NCBI RefSeq assembly: GCF_006345805.1
Contig: NC_042997.1
Location: forward strand, 25,172,001 to 25,236,000
DNA: 64,000 bases
Reading direction: 5' to 3'
Source: Octopus sinensis
Taxonomy: Eukaryota
Part shown: positions 12,651 to 24,684 of the stretch, piece by piece
Numbering within the stretch: the stretch's first letter is position 1
Layout: each line of letters begins with the position of its first letter
The notes under the pieces: model-generated
Seen by the model: only the letters and a program-made list of their open reading frames with translations
Told to the model about the DNA's origin: nothing
Database searches by the model: none
Position numbers and translations under genes: made by a program

Positions 12651-13945
12651 TGGGTGAACCTGGCGGTAGTGGGAATAGATATTTAGGGATTTTGGAGGTG
12701 GATGACATTCTACGCAGAGAAATGAAAGTCAAGGCGTATCAAAAAAGGGTTAAGGTGGTGTTTTAATCCAACCTGTATGCCAAAAATCTGATTATCGCAA
12801 TGAATGGCAGTTGCGGGGATCAGATATAGTGCGTCCATCCTCAAATGGACTAAGGAGGAAATATCATTACTGAATATAAGGACGAGAAAGTTGATGACGC
12901 TGCATGGTGCGCTACACCCTAAAGCAAACGTAAACAGATTGTATATGAAAAGAAAGAATGGTGGCAGAGGAGTAATTAGCATAAACCATTGTATAAGGAG
13001 TGAAAGGAGAACGCTTGCAGAGTATCTAATAAATAGTGATAAGGACCTACTGCAATATGTCACGAAACATATAGGTGTAAATGCAGATGAAATGAGTTTA
13101 ACCAAAGAGTTGAGGAGAAAATGCCTTCTTGAAATGAGACTGCATCGACAGTTAGAAAGGAGAACATAAGACGTTAAGGAAAATACACCATGGTGGGTAT
13201 AGCTTGAGCGAGGTGATTTCAAGCGCATCACAGAAAGTCTGATCATTGCTGCACAAGACCAAGCTTTCGTTACCAATTCAGTGAAGTATAACATCTATAA
13301 AACTTCACACACCCAGAAAGAGTGTGTGAGACGTGACTCACTTGGTAAGTGGATTTGAGAGCCTTGCACAAAAAGAGTACAAGCGCTGCCACGATAAAGT
13401 GTGTGTGTGTGTGTATCTTCATTGGCTCTTATGCCGTATATACCAATATGAAGTAACAGAGAAATGGTATCAGAATGTACCAGGTAAAGTTATGCAGGAG
13501 GATGGAAAAGTAACGATACTCTGGGGTTATGATTTTCAGACGGATCGTGTAATCGGACTTTGTTATATTGAATAAGAAGGACAAATACTGTCAGCTAATT
13601 GATGTTACCATACCAAATGACATGAATGATGTGAGTAAAAAGGTTGAAAAAATCACCAATTTCTCCGAATCGAAATTGGAAATGGCAAGACTGTAAGGAA
13701 TGCGAGAGGGTAATGTAAAAGTGATACCAGTGGTGATCAGAACATTGGGCTCAATCCCATTGAAATTTCAAAACTTCTTAAGGCAACTGGAAATCCCATG
13801 CAAGGTTGATGTCTTGCAAAAAGCAGCCTTATTGGGCACAGCGCACATCTTAAAGGAAGTATTATCTGTCTGATCGCCTTGTTGTGACTTGACAGATGAC
13901 TAATGACTACGGTGCATTTTTACCTACAGTGTGTTACGAAGGAAT
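12651..13945 (+). mobile_element. 5'-truncated R4/Dong-like LINE (post-RT, CCHC-like region, RLE)
   Basis: RYLGILE, LHPKANVNRLYMKRKNGGRGVISI, AQKEYKRCHDKV, ILWGYDFQTDR, LQKAALLGTAHILKEVL motifs with stops; starts after (AAT)n and ends in AATAATAAT. Confidence 0.9.
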
Positions 13946-13984
13946 AATAATACTAATAAGTAGTAGTATTGGGGGAGCATCATA

Positions 13985-14090
13985 GCCATAGTAGAAGACA
14001 ATTTCCCAAGGTGCTCGGCAGTGGTACTGGACCTGGAACTATGTGGTTGGGAAGCAAACTTCTTACCACACATCCACTCCTGCGCCTATG
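13985..14090 (-). mobile_element. Family B SINE head fragment
   Basis: CTTACCACACATCCACTCCTGCGCC is the reverse complement of the B head. Confidence 0.7.
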
Positions 14091-14214
14091 TATGTAAATA
14101 ATACCAAAATTACCTTAATCTGTATCCATCAACTTTGCGACAATTCACAGTCCATCTGATTACTTATTATGGCAAGTATACTAAAAAGGAAAGCAGGAAA
14201 GTTACTTGAAGAAT

Positions 14215-14604
14215 GGGATGGAAGCACTCCGTCGGTTCCGACGACGAGGGTTCCGGTTGATCCGAATCAACGGAACAGCCTGCTCGTGAAATTAACGTGT
14301 AAGTGGCTGAGCACTCCACAGACACATGTACCCTTAACGTAGTTCTCGGGGATATTCAGCGTGACACAGAGAGTGACAAAGCCGGCCCTTTGAAATACAG
14401 GTACAACAGAAACAGGAAGTAAGAGTGAGAGAAAGTTGTGGTGAAAGAGTACAGCAGGGATCACCACCATCCCCTGCCGGAGCCTCGTGGAACTTTTAGG
14501 TGTTTTCGCTCAATACACACTCACAATGCCCGGTCTGGGAATCGAAACCGCGAACCTACGACCGCGAGTCTGCTGCCCTAACCACTGGGCCATTGCGCCT
14601 CCAC
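14215..14604 (-). mobile_element. Family C SINE with 46-bp flanking direct repeat
   Basis: Full C head and tail; exact repeat at 14169-14214 and 14605-14650. Confidence 0.93.
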
Positions 14605-15843
14605 ATGGCAAGTATACTAAAAAGGAAAGCAGGAAAGTTACTTGAAGAATACACAGCTGAGTAAGAAACGCACTGCCAAATTGGTTCTTGTTTTCGTTTA
14701 GCCACAAATAAGTCACAATCTAAGAAGCCTATCACCTAGAGTGTTTCCACTGACGCCATCCAACATGTTTTTCAGACAAGGTGTATTTAGAAGTATTATC
14801 CAATATGTTTTTCCTTTAACAGAATATGATTTTGCTACGTTAGATCATTTGTTATTTTTGGACTTTTGCTTGGTATTTCTTTCTGTTAGAACAGCTCTTT
14901 CATTATTAGGAGCTGATTACATATATGCGATACGTCAGCTTATTACCCATTACGTGTATCTACTTTCCCGCTATTTCTCTATATATTTCGTACTGAGATG
15001 AACGGAGCAGTCAGAAATATGACTGCATATTATGCAACTGTCTTTAGCGTTTTGGTTTAGTAATATTTTTTTCCTCTCTGTTAAGACAGTGATCCTTTGC
15101 AAAAGCACATCGGATCACCGATTTATCTATAGTCAAGAGTTTATTTTTCATTTGATTCTGATTATAACGAGTTGTTTTCATTCTTTCTTTTATATGTTAA
15201 ATTGTGTCACTTTGATTTTATTCATTGGTTTTTATTTTAGTTATTTTAGTTTTATTTATACTGTTTACGTTGCTATAGAAAACTCATTCCATAATAATCG
15301 ACTGATAGTTTGCACGTCTTTTCCTTATTTAAAGAGAATCCTTTTGTGTTTTCCTCTTATATTCATGTTTCATTATACTGAGTCCGTATTTGATCTTACA
15401 TATACGCTCTTTAGTAATAGCAATGGTTTTACAACCCGCTTTTTATATTCCTATATGTTTAAGTTTGTATAGCTTTTGCAAATTTAGAATGGTTGGTTTA
15501 TGACATGGTTTCTCTTTTTATATCTAGGTTCCTCAATGAATCTAATTTGGAATATTCGATGTATTATAATTTCAATATTATTTATTACGTTCAGTTTCAA
15601 TTTCTATTCAATATTATTCTGAATCTATAAATCTCTTCGTATCTACTTATCAGTTTTAAGTTTGTGATTTTATAAGATTTAACACATTTTGTTGTTCTTA
15701 GTGTAACTTCAGTCCTTTTGTGTGAGATCATACATCTATCTTTATTTTCATATCTTAGTTAAATTTCGGCTACAGTGCTATTTTTAAACAGTTATAGTCA
15801 TCCAATAACGGAGATAGTTCGCAGTTTACCAATAACATTTAGC

Positions 15844-16613
15844 GTTTAAGGCGGCGAGCTGGCAGAAACGTTAGCACGCCGGGCGAAATACGTAGCCGTA
15901 TTTCGTCTGCCGCTACGTTCTGAGTTCAAATTCCACCGAGGTCGAGTTTGCCTTTCATCCTTTCGGGGTCGATAAATTAAGTACCAGTTACGCACTGGGG
16001 CCGATATAATCGACTTAATCCGCTTGTCTGTCCTTGTTTGTCCTTTCTGTGTTTAGCCCCTTGTGAGTAATAAAGAAATAGGTATTTCGTCTGCCGCTAC
16101 GTTCTGAGTTCAAATTCCGCCGAGGTCGAATTTGCCTTTCATCCTTTCGGGGTCGATAAATTAAGTACCAGTTACGCACTGGGGTCGATATAATCGACTT
16201 AATCCGCTTGTCTGTCCTTGTTTGTCCTTTCTGTGTTTAGCCCCTTGTGAGTAATAAAGAAATAGGTATTTCGTCTGCCGCTACGTTCTGAGTTCAAATT
16301 CCGCCGAGGTCGACTTTGCCTTTCATCCTTTCGGGGTCGATTAAATAAGTACCAGTTACGCACTGGGGTCAATATAATCGACTTAATCCGTTTGTCTGTC
16401 CTTGTTTGTCCCCTCTGTGTGTAGCCCCTTGTGGGCAGTAAAGAAATAGGTATTTCGTCTGTCTTTACGTTCCGAGTTCAAATTCCGCCGAGGTCAACTT
16501 TGTCTTTCATCCATTCAGGGTCGATTAATTAAGTACCAGCTGCGTACTGGGTTCAATCTGATCGACTGGTTCCCTCCCCTAAAATTCTGGGCCTTGTGCC
16601 GAGAGTAGAAAAG
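15844..16613 (+). mobile_element. Family A SINE multimer: head + three 184-bp units + terminal unit with alternative tail
   Basis: GTATTTCGTCTG starts at 15898, 16082, 16266, 16450 (184-bp period); TSD AATAACATTTAGC at 15831-15843 and 16614-16626. Confidence 0.95.
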
Positions 16614-17564
16614 AATAACATTTAGCTTTTCGTACAGATAGTTAAAAGACTAGCATCAATTAGGAGTTTCACTGAGCAATCACACACTTTGTGATGATAC
16701 TGCTTTGCTAATTCAACCAATATATTTTGATGACCGTTTCATCTTTTCAGTTTTAACAGCTATTGGGCGATTCCTCCCTTATGGTCGCTCGAATATGCAA
16801 GAATATGGAATTTTGACGAAGGCTTCCAGATAATCAATCCATGAGGTGCATAGATATTGATTTCATTTTCCACATTTTTCAATATTTATCTCGTTCTGCC
16901 ACACATTTTTATCCTACAACATAATATTCGCTTCCAGAAAATGTCCAGCCTATTAAGGAATAATAAATTTGAGAGTTTGTATGTTGTTGATAGATAAATA
17001 TTTTTATGTAGACAATTTTGCCTCTGGTTTAATTCAGCGTGGTGTTGCTTCTGGTATTCTGGTGTTCATTCTTGCTTGTTGCAACATTTTCATACATGAA
17101 CATTACTTCGAACGAAAAATGAGCATCAGTTTTCAAAAAATCTTCCAGTTTCAGGAGATTTTCATAGTGATGGTAATGTCACCGGAGACGTGTTTGTTAT
17201 GATATGGCACTTTAGGTTTTCCATTTTCTAATCGTGTAACTTTCCATTTTATATTTACTTCTATTACGATTGGACATCTATTGTTGTTTATGGAGCTAAT
17301 AATTTGTCCTTTCTCAAACTAATGATGGAATCAAAACAGAACCTACGGTAAAAAAAAAAATAACCCAAACTTTGAGGGCACAAAACGCACTTATACAGTG
17401 GACGAATCATCTCGGAAGATATAGAGGAACTAGTGAAAAGGAAAAAAAAAAAAATGAAAAACTTTAAAAGGGTATGCTGGTTTCATACGAACCCAAATAA
17501 ATATTTATTCAATTCACAACAACGTATATCCATACTTCCCTCTCAGCACATAGTGATAAATATA

Positions 17565-17796
17565 TATTTCTTTACTACCCACAAGAGGCTAAACACAGAG
17601 GGGACAAACAAGGACAGACAAAGGGATTAAGTCGATTACATCGACCCCAGTGCGTGACTGGTACTTAATTTATCGACCCCGAAAGGATGAAAGGCAAAGT
17701 CGACCTCGGCGGAATTTGAACTCGGAACGAACGACAGACGAAATACGGCTACGCAGGTCGCCCGGCATGCTAACGTTTCTGCCAGCTCGCCGCCTT
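17565..17796 (-). mobile_element. Family A SINE monomer
   Basis: 17-bp TSD ACATAGTGATAAATATA at 17548-17564 and 17797-17813. Confidence 0.93.
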
Positions 17797-18244
17797 ACAT
17801 AGTGATAAATATAATAATCTCACATGCCATTAAAGAAACATAATAATGATAATATTACTTAATGTTATGTAAATCAATATCGATCAATGAAAAGAGTTAA
17901 TAGTTTGTCCGGAAAATAGTAGTTTAGCCGCGAGATTTTGAAAAATACATTCTTTCCAGAGACAAAGCGGAGAACGTTAACATTTGAATAAATTTGTTTA
18001 TTCTGTAGTCTGCGTTATTGGGGGAAAATGAGTTCGACATTAATTGTGTAACTGATTTCATTCTTTGCCGCCGAAGATGGCACAATTTTTTTTTTTTAAA
18101 TAAAGAAAATACACCCTAATACCATAAAAAAATGCAGAAGGAAAATATAATAATGCAGTAACACAAATAGGGCAGATAGAGGCCGAAAATGCGAACAGAC
18201 GATATAGCGACAACAAGTTATTTAATAAAATCTTTCTCTCCTTT

Positions 18245-18623
18245 ACTCCGTCGGTTACGACGACGAGGGTTCCGGTTGATCCGAATCAACGGAACAGCCT
18301 GCTCGTGAAATTAACGTGTAAGTGGCTGAGCACTCCACAGACACGTGTACCCTTAACGTAGTTCTCGGGGATATTCAGCGTGACACAGAGAGTGACAAGG
18401 CCGGCCCCTTGAAATACAGGTACAACAGAAACAGGAAGTAAGAGTGAGAGAAAGTTGTGGTGAAAGAGTACAGCAGGGATCACCACCATCCCCTTCAGGA
18501 GTCTCGTGGAGCTTTAGGTGTTTTCGCTCAATAAACACTCACAACGCCCGGTCTGGGAATCGAAACCGCGATCCTATGACCGCGAGTCCGTTGCCCTAAC
18601 CACTGGGCCATTGCGCCTCCACT
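18245..18623 (-). mobile_element. Family C SINE
   Basis: Full-length; TTTAATAAAAT at 18221-18231 and 18624-18634 is the probable TSD. Confidence 0.92.
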
Positions 18624-18742
18624 TTTAATAAAATACAATTCAACAAAAAATAAAATATCCCAGATAAAATCACAAGAAAAGTGCACGTCAGTGGACACTT
18701 GTTGACCCAAGCTCAATATGTTGTTATTGTGGTTTGATAAGT

Positions 18743-19325
18743 AGGCGAGCTGGCAGAAACGTTAGTACGCCGGGCGAAATGCTTAGCAGTATTTCATCTG
18801 CCGTTATGTTCTGAGTTCAAATTCTGAGGTCAACTTTACCTTTCATCCTTTCGGGGTCGATTAAATAAGAACCAGTTACGCACTGGGGTCGACATAATCG
18901 ACTTAATAATTTTGTCTGTCCTTGTTTGTCCCCCTCTGTATTTAGCCCCTTGTGGGCAGTAAAGAAATAGGTATTTCGTCTACCGTTATGTTCTGAGTTC
19001 AAATTCCGCCGAATTCACTTTGCCTTTCATCCTTTCGGGGTCGATAAATTAAGTACCAGTTACTCCCTGGGGTCGATGTAATCGACTTGATACCTTTGTC
19101 TGTCATTGTCCCCTCTATGTTAGCCCCTTGTGGGCAATAAAAAATAAGAATCGTTAGTACGCCGGACGAAATGCCGCTATACATTTTGTGTTCGAATAGC
19201 GCCGAGGTTGACTTGATTTTCATCTTTTCGGGGTCGATAAAATAAAAAACAGTCAAGTACTGGGGTCGATGATTTGACTAGCTCGGTTATCCCAAAACTC
19301 CAGTCCTTGTGCCTATAGTAGACAG
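18743..19325 (+). mobile_element. Family A SINE dimer followed by an older A copy
   Basis: Head at 18743, junction AAAGAAATAG-GTATTTCGTC at ~18970, second diverged head at ~19146. Confidence 0.88.
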
Positions 19326-19758
19326 CATTACTATCATTATTGTTATTATTATTGTTCATTATTGTTATCATCATCATCACCATCATCATAAATGGCGATG
19401 CCCCAGCATGGCCACAGCTTGTGAGCCGAAACTAGATTTTAAAAAATGATTTTGTTTTGTGTGCGCACATGTCTCTGTGTATGTGTGTTTTGTTTCTCTC
19501 TCTCTCTCTCCTTCTCTCACTCTTTCTGTATCTGTGATCATTTTTACAATCTTGTTACGTAGTGTTCGAGAAGATCTATTGATCATAGATATTCAAGTTT
19601 TGGCCACCTCAACCAACAATATTATTTAGTATCACATTTTATGTGACCTTCCTTTTACAAACCGCAAGGTATGAATTTAATATTTTTGAGAAGTAGAAAA
19701 GTCATTCATAACTACATGAGGATCAATATTCTTACACAAACTTTGAAAGTGCTGAATG

Positions 19759-20149
19759 GATGGATGGAAGCACTCCGTCGGTTACGACGACGAGGGTTCC
19801 GGTTGGTCCGAATCAACGGAACAGCCTGCTCGTGAAATTAACGTGTAAGTGGCTGAGCACTCCACAGACACGTGTACCCTTAACGTAATTCTCGGGATAT
19901 TCAGCGTGGCACAGAGAGTGACAAGGCCGGCCCTTTGAAATACAGGTACAACAGAAACAGGAAGTAGGAGTGAGAGAAAGTTGTGGTGAAAGAGTACAGC
20001 AGGGATCACCACCATCCCCTGCCGGAACATCGTGGAGCTTTAGGTGTTTTCGCTCAATGAACACTCACAACGCCCGGTCTGGGAATCGAAACCGCGATCC
20101 TACGACCGCGAGTTCGCTGCCCTAACCACTGGGCCATTGCGCCTCCACT
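19759..20149 (-). mobile_element. Family C SINE
   Basis: Full-length with short (TCCA)n tail; TSD TGCTGAATG at 19750-19758 and 20150-20158. Confidence 0.92.
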
Positions 20150-20811
20150 TGCTGAATGCAGTATTATAGACAGCACCCGACTGTCCAGAAGTCTATCTCA
20201 GCCACAATGCACGGCCATCTCAGCCACAATGGGAATATAAAACATTTCATATCTAAGCCATTCTCCTTCCTCTTCATAAAACTTCTCAAACGCCACAATT
20301 GCTGGATTCTATCTCTCAGTAAATCTTGAATATCTAAACCCCCAAACTTGTACTTCGCAAACCTCTTTTCTAAAATTCTTTACAGTATAAATTAATTATG
20401 TGTTACTGGGACGTGAAGAGCTCAGAAAGATCCAACAACCATGGCATTGTAGATTTCCGATAATTTTTGGATACTTATTCAGTTACAATTATCTACTTTC
20501 CGTAGATCAAGCCATACATATATCATTCAGTATCCAGAACGATTAATCTGGCAGTGCATATTTCGTAATATAGATTAAACTAATGTAAAATATCGTGCAC
20601 TTTTTCAGTACAAAATAGCAAAATCTTCACCAGAGGATACTGCATAATTCTAGAATAGGCTGACTTCAAGACTATACCTGAATGTGACGAGTCTTGCTAA
20701 ACCATTACTGAATGTAAATAGTTCCCACCCACTCGTGTTCAAATTTGATCTTTCGATTATCAAACGCCAGGATTTTCTATGAATTATAATATTCTAAAAT
20801 ATTAACATCTG

Positions 20812-21140
20812 AGACGCCCTTCGGTCACGACACAGACCATAGGATTGCACCTAGAAAGTTACCCACCCAGGCACAAGTCCGGGCAAGGTTGTTTATGGAA
20901 GACCAGCAGTCGCCTATGCATACCTGCCTCCCTTCTCCACGCCACCAATGTTATCCAAGGGAAAAGCAACAGCAGATACAGCTTGGCACCTGTGACATCG
21001 CAACTCATTTCTACAGCTGAGTGAACTGGAGCAACGTGAAAAAAAAGTGTCTTGCTCAAGAACACAATACGCAGCCCGGTCCAGGATTCGAGCTCACAAT
21101 CTCACGATCGTAAGCTCGACGCTCTAACCACTGAGACATG
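20812..21140 (-). mobile_element. Family D tRNA(Arg-like)-derived CORE-type SINE
   Basis: Minus-strand head CTCAGTGGTTAGAGCGTCGAGCTTACGATCGTGAG...TTCG-ATCC, then CTTGAGCAAGACAC...CTCCAGTTCACTCAGCTGTAGAAATGAGT; second copy at 27502-27820. Confidence 0.88.
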
Positions 21141-21175
21141 ACATAATAACTTATTAATTCATAAATTTCGTAATC

Positions 21176-21599
21176 TTTTACTCTTTACTCTTTTACTCTT
21201 TTACTTGTTTCAGTCATTTGACTGCGGCCGTGCTGGAGCACCGCCTTTAGTCGAGCAAATCGACGCCGGGACTTATTCTTTGTAAGCCCAGTACTTATTG
21301 TATCGGTCTCTTTTGCCGAACCGCTAAGTGACGGGGACGTAAACACACCAGCATCGGTTGTCAAGCAATGCTAGGGGGACAAACACAGACACACAAACAT
21401 ATACACACACACACACTTATATATATATACATATATACGACAGGCTTCTTTCAGTTTCCGTCTACCAAATCCACTCACAAGGCATTGGTCGGCCCGGGGC
21501 TATAGCAGAAGACACTTGCCCAAGATCCCACGCAGTGGGACTGAACCCGGAACCATGTGGTTGGTTAGCAAGCTAATTACCACAGCCACTCCTGCGCCT
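21176..21599 (-). mobile_element. Family B SINE
   Basis: Full-length with (TTACTCT)n-like tail and internal (CA)/(TA) tract. Confidence 0.93.
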
Positions 21600-21616
21600 A
21601 TAGATAAATGTTAACA

Positions 21617-21655
21617 GGTTCTGGTGAGGATCGAACTCACGACCTTCTGCGTGTA
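21617..21655 (-). pseudogene. 3' half of a tRNA-Val(UAC)-like sequence
   Basis: Minus strand TACACGCAGAAGGTCGTGAGTTCGATCCTCACCAGAACC: anticodon TAC, ACGCAGAAGGTC, T-loop GTTCGAT with GTGAG/CTCAC stem; no D-arm or 5' acceptor strand; no CCA. Confidence 0.7.
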
Positions 21656-21689
21656 TATTTTTTTTAATTATTGAAAAACTTTCGCTTAT

Positions 21690-22054
21690 ATCTTTATTCA
21701 ATAGTCTTATTTTTATCACGAGCTTTCACTGTAATACTGGATGTAGTTCAGCGTGCCCTGGGTAGGTTCTGTGGTGCGCTTATTTTAACTGTATTGAAAG
21801 TATTTTACATAGGACGTGTGCGATGCCTAGTTGTGCTATTTCTGTATGCTATATATACTTGTAAGTCTTGCAGTTTTTTTGCTATGTATTTGTCTGAATG
21901 TTTTTATCATACTTAATGCACCTACTGGGATTACTTCTATTTTTAGGCTCCACATTCGAGTCACCTCTATTTCCAGATCTTTGTATTTTGAAAGTTTCTC
22001 TGTTTCTTTTAGAGAAACGTCGTCTGTTGGTATTGATACATCGATTAGAAAGCG

Positions 22055-22055
<1 letters not shown>
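21690..22055 (-). mobile_element. R4/Dong-like LINE 3' end (second subfamily)
   Basis: Minus strand FLIDVSIP...KDLEIEVTRMWSLKIEVIPVGAL; 3' UTR similar to 52700-52860. Confidence 0.75.
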
Positions 22056-22101
<46 letters not shown>

Positions 22102-22650
22102 TTGCTAATTTAGTTGGCGGGTGTTTTATCTTGATGTTTGGTAGTAACAATCTCCTCATATCTCAAGAAACTTCCTTAGGATTCTTGTAGGAGATAGGTT
22201 GGTACGTTTTAGCAGGTAGACAATGCAAGCTTCACTTCCCATCTCTTTTAGCCTTTTAGGTAGTATTTTGGTTGTTGTGTCAAGTGCACCACCTACAAGA
22301 ATAATTGTTGTCCTGGTCTTCCAAAATCTCATCAACTCTTTGGCTAAATCCTGATATTTCTCCATTTTCTAAATTTATTCTGTATCGACTCTAATATCAT
22401 AAGGAATTGCAAAATCTATGATGCTACACTGATTTTTAACTATGTCCTCTAAGATTAAATCCGGTTTTCTTTCTCCTATTTTATAGAGCTAATCTTACAA
22501 GACCTTAGAATTCTCATTTTCTCTTACAACATTTGGTTCGTGCTCATACCACTTTTTCTGTTGTTTTGAATTCACACACTCGGCCATCATCCCAATATAC
22601 TCTTTAACCTACATAGTCGTTTCTACGCTTATATTTCTTTTGTATACTGC

Positions 22651-23042
22651 ACTCTTTTACTTGTTTCAGTCATTTGACTGCAGCCATGCTGGAGCACCGC
22701 ATTTAGTCGAGCAACTCGACCCCGGGACTTATTCTTTGTAAGCCCAGTACTTATTCTATCGGTCTCTTTTGCCAAACCGCTAAGTGACGGGGACGTAAAC
22801 ACACCAGCATCGGTTGTCAAGCAATGCTAGGGGGACAAACACAGACACACACACACATATATATATATATACATATATACGACAGGCTTCTTTCAGTTTC
22901 CGTCTACCAAATCCACTCACAAGGCATTGGTCGGCCCGAGGCTATAGCAGAAGACATTTGCCCAAGATGCCACGCAGTGGGACTGAACCCGGAACGATGT
23001 GATTGGTTAGCAAGCTACTTACCACACAGCCACTCCTGCGCC
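22651..23042 (-). mobile_element. Family B SINE inside the LINE
   Basis: Full B head, body and tail. Confidence 0.93.
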
Positions 23043-23372
23043 TTAAAAGATGTTTGATAGTTTCGACTCCTTTTCTGAATCTTACATCTGCTCTCTGAAT
23101 CAGGTTTGTCGATCTTTGCCTTGATCAGATTTACCCTCAAAGCTTGTTCTTGGGTGGCTATTATTAGAGTTTCTGTCTCTTGTTTCAATTTCCTCTCCGT
23201 CAACCAGAACCAGCAATCTTTATTTCCAATATTCTTAATTTGTTGCATGAATTGGCTATGTAGTTCCGTTTCTTTCCATTTGTCTTCTCTGTTCTTCCGT
23301 TGCTCTTTCAATTCTCCTAATATTTCGGTCAATGTTTTGGTATCTTTGGCTGCTGACACTATCCTTTCTTTA

Positions 23373-23791
23373 AAAAGGCGGCGAGCTGGCAGAATCGTTA
23401 GCGCGCTGGAGGAAATGCTTAGCGGTATTTCGTCTGCCGCTACGTTCTGAGTTCAAATTCCGCCGAGGTCGACTTTGCCTTTCATCCTATCGGGGTCGAT
23501 TAAATAAGTACCTGTTACGCACTGGGGTCGATATAAACGTCTTAATCCGTTTGCCTGTTCTTGTTTGTCCTCTCTGTGTTTAGCCCCTTGTGGGCAGTAA
23601 AGAAATAGGTATTTTGTCTGCCGTTACGTTCTGAGTTCAAATTCCGCCGAGGTCGACTTTGCCTTTCATCCTTTCGGGGCCGATAAATTAAGTACCAGTT
23701 ACGCACTGGGGACGATGTAATCGACTTAATTCCTTTGTCTGTCCTTGTTTGTCCCCTCAACGTTTAGCCCCTTGTGGGCAATAAAGAAATA
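23373..23791 (+). mobile_element. Family A SINE dimer inside the LINE
   Basis: Units start 23425 and 23609 (184 bp); exact 15-bp TSD ACTATCCTTTCTTTA at 23358-23372 and 23792-23806. Confidence 0.95.
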
Positions 23792-24365
23792 ACTATCCTT
23801 TCTTTACTCTACACAACTTAACTTTTCAGACCCAGTATCGCAGTATTAACAGTGTCTTCTGCGTTTAGTAATCATCTACCACCTACCTATCTTGGTAGGT
23901 AGAGTAAGTCAGTATTGCTTTTAGAGTGGAGTGCGTGGTGCATTGTGATCAGCTTTCTAGTTCTAGCAAGTTTATGCCGCTCGATCTTTGTCCATTTCAA
24001 AAAGTGATTTCAGTATAGCCCATGTATTTATCCGTTTATTGATGCTCCCTTTGTTTAATCTTGTGTCTAGAAACTTCCTAATTCTCCTCCTATACACTTC
24101 TCTCTCACTTCTCTTCCCATTATCTTATCGTCTTGCAGCACTCCTAGATAGTTGCATCCCTCATTATTCAACATCAATCTTATAATGTCCCGTGTTAATC
24201 TTATTCCATGAGAGCTAATCTTCTGGCGTCCTTCATAATTAGTAGCAGGTACATATTTACCTCGAACAGCATATCAATAACTTTATTGAATGCTCTCACT
24301 GTTTGTATCAGAATCTAGGTCTGTTTCATGTTTTGTGTACTGCTTGAGGTCATCCATATAAAGTA

Positions 24366-24456
<91 letters not shown>

Positions 24457-24652
24457 TTGTAGTTATCATTATTATTATTTTATGTTTGACTTTCTTGTTA
24501 CATTTGTACAAGTTTGCTCCAAGTCTCACCCAGAGACCTCAAGAGACAACAAGATGGAAATTCATGTTGATATCATTATCATCATCATCATCGTCATCAT
24601 CATAATCATCATCATCATCATCATCATTATTATTATTATTTTATCATCATCA

Positions 24653-24684
<32 letters not shown>

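Larger units (their letters stand above)
22101..24367 (-). mobile_element. 5'-truncated R4/Dong-like LINE interrupted by two SINEs
   Basis: LLYMDDLKQY RT motif at the right end (~24340-24367), QEQALRVNLIKAKID, MEKYQDLAKELMRFWK...GGAL; (AAT)n tail at 22058-22100. Confidence 0.9.

Noticed and set aside
15898-16613. Regularly spaced repeats suggestive of a CRISPR array
   Set aside because: 184-bp units with no unique spacers, SINE-derived, eukaryotic context, no cas genes.
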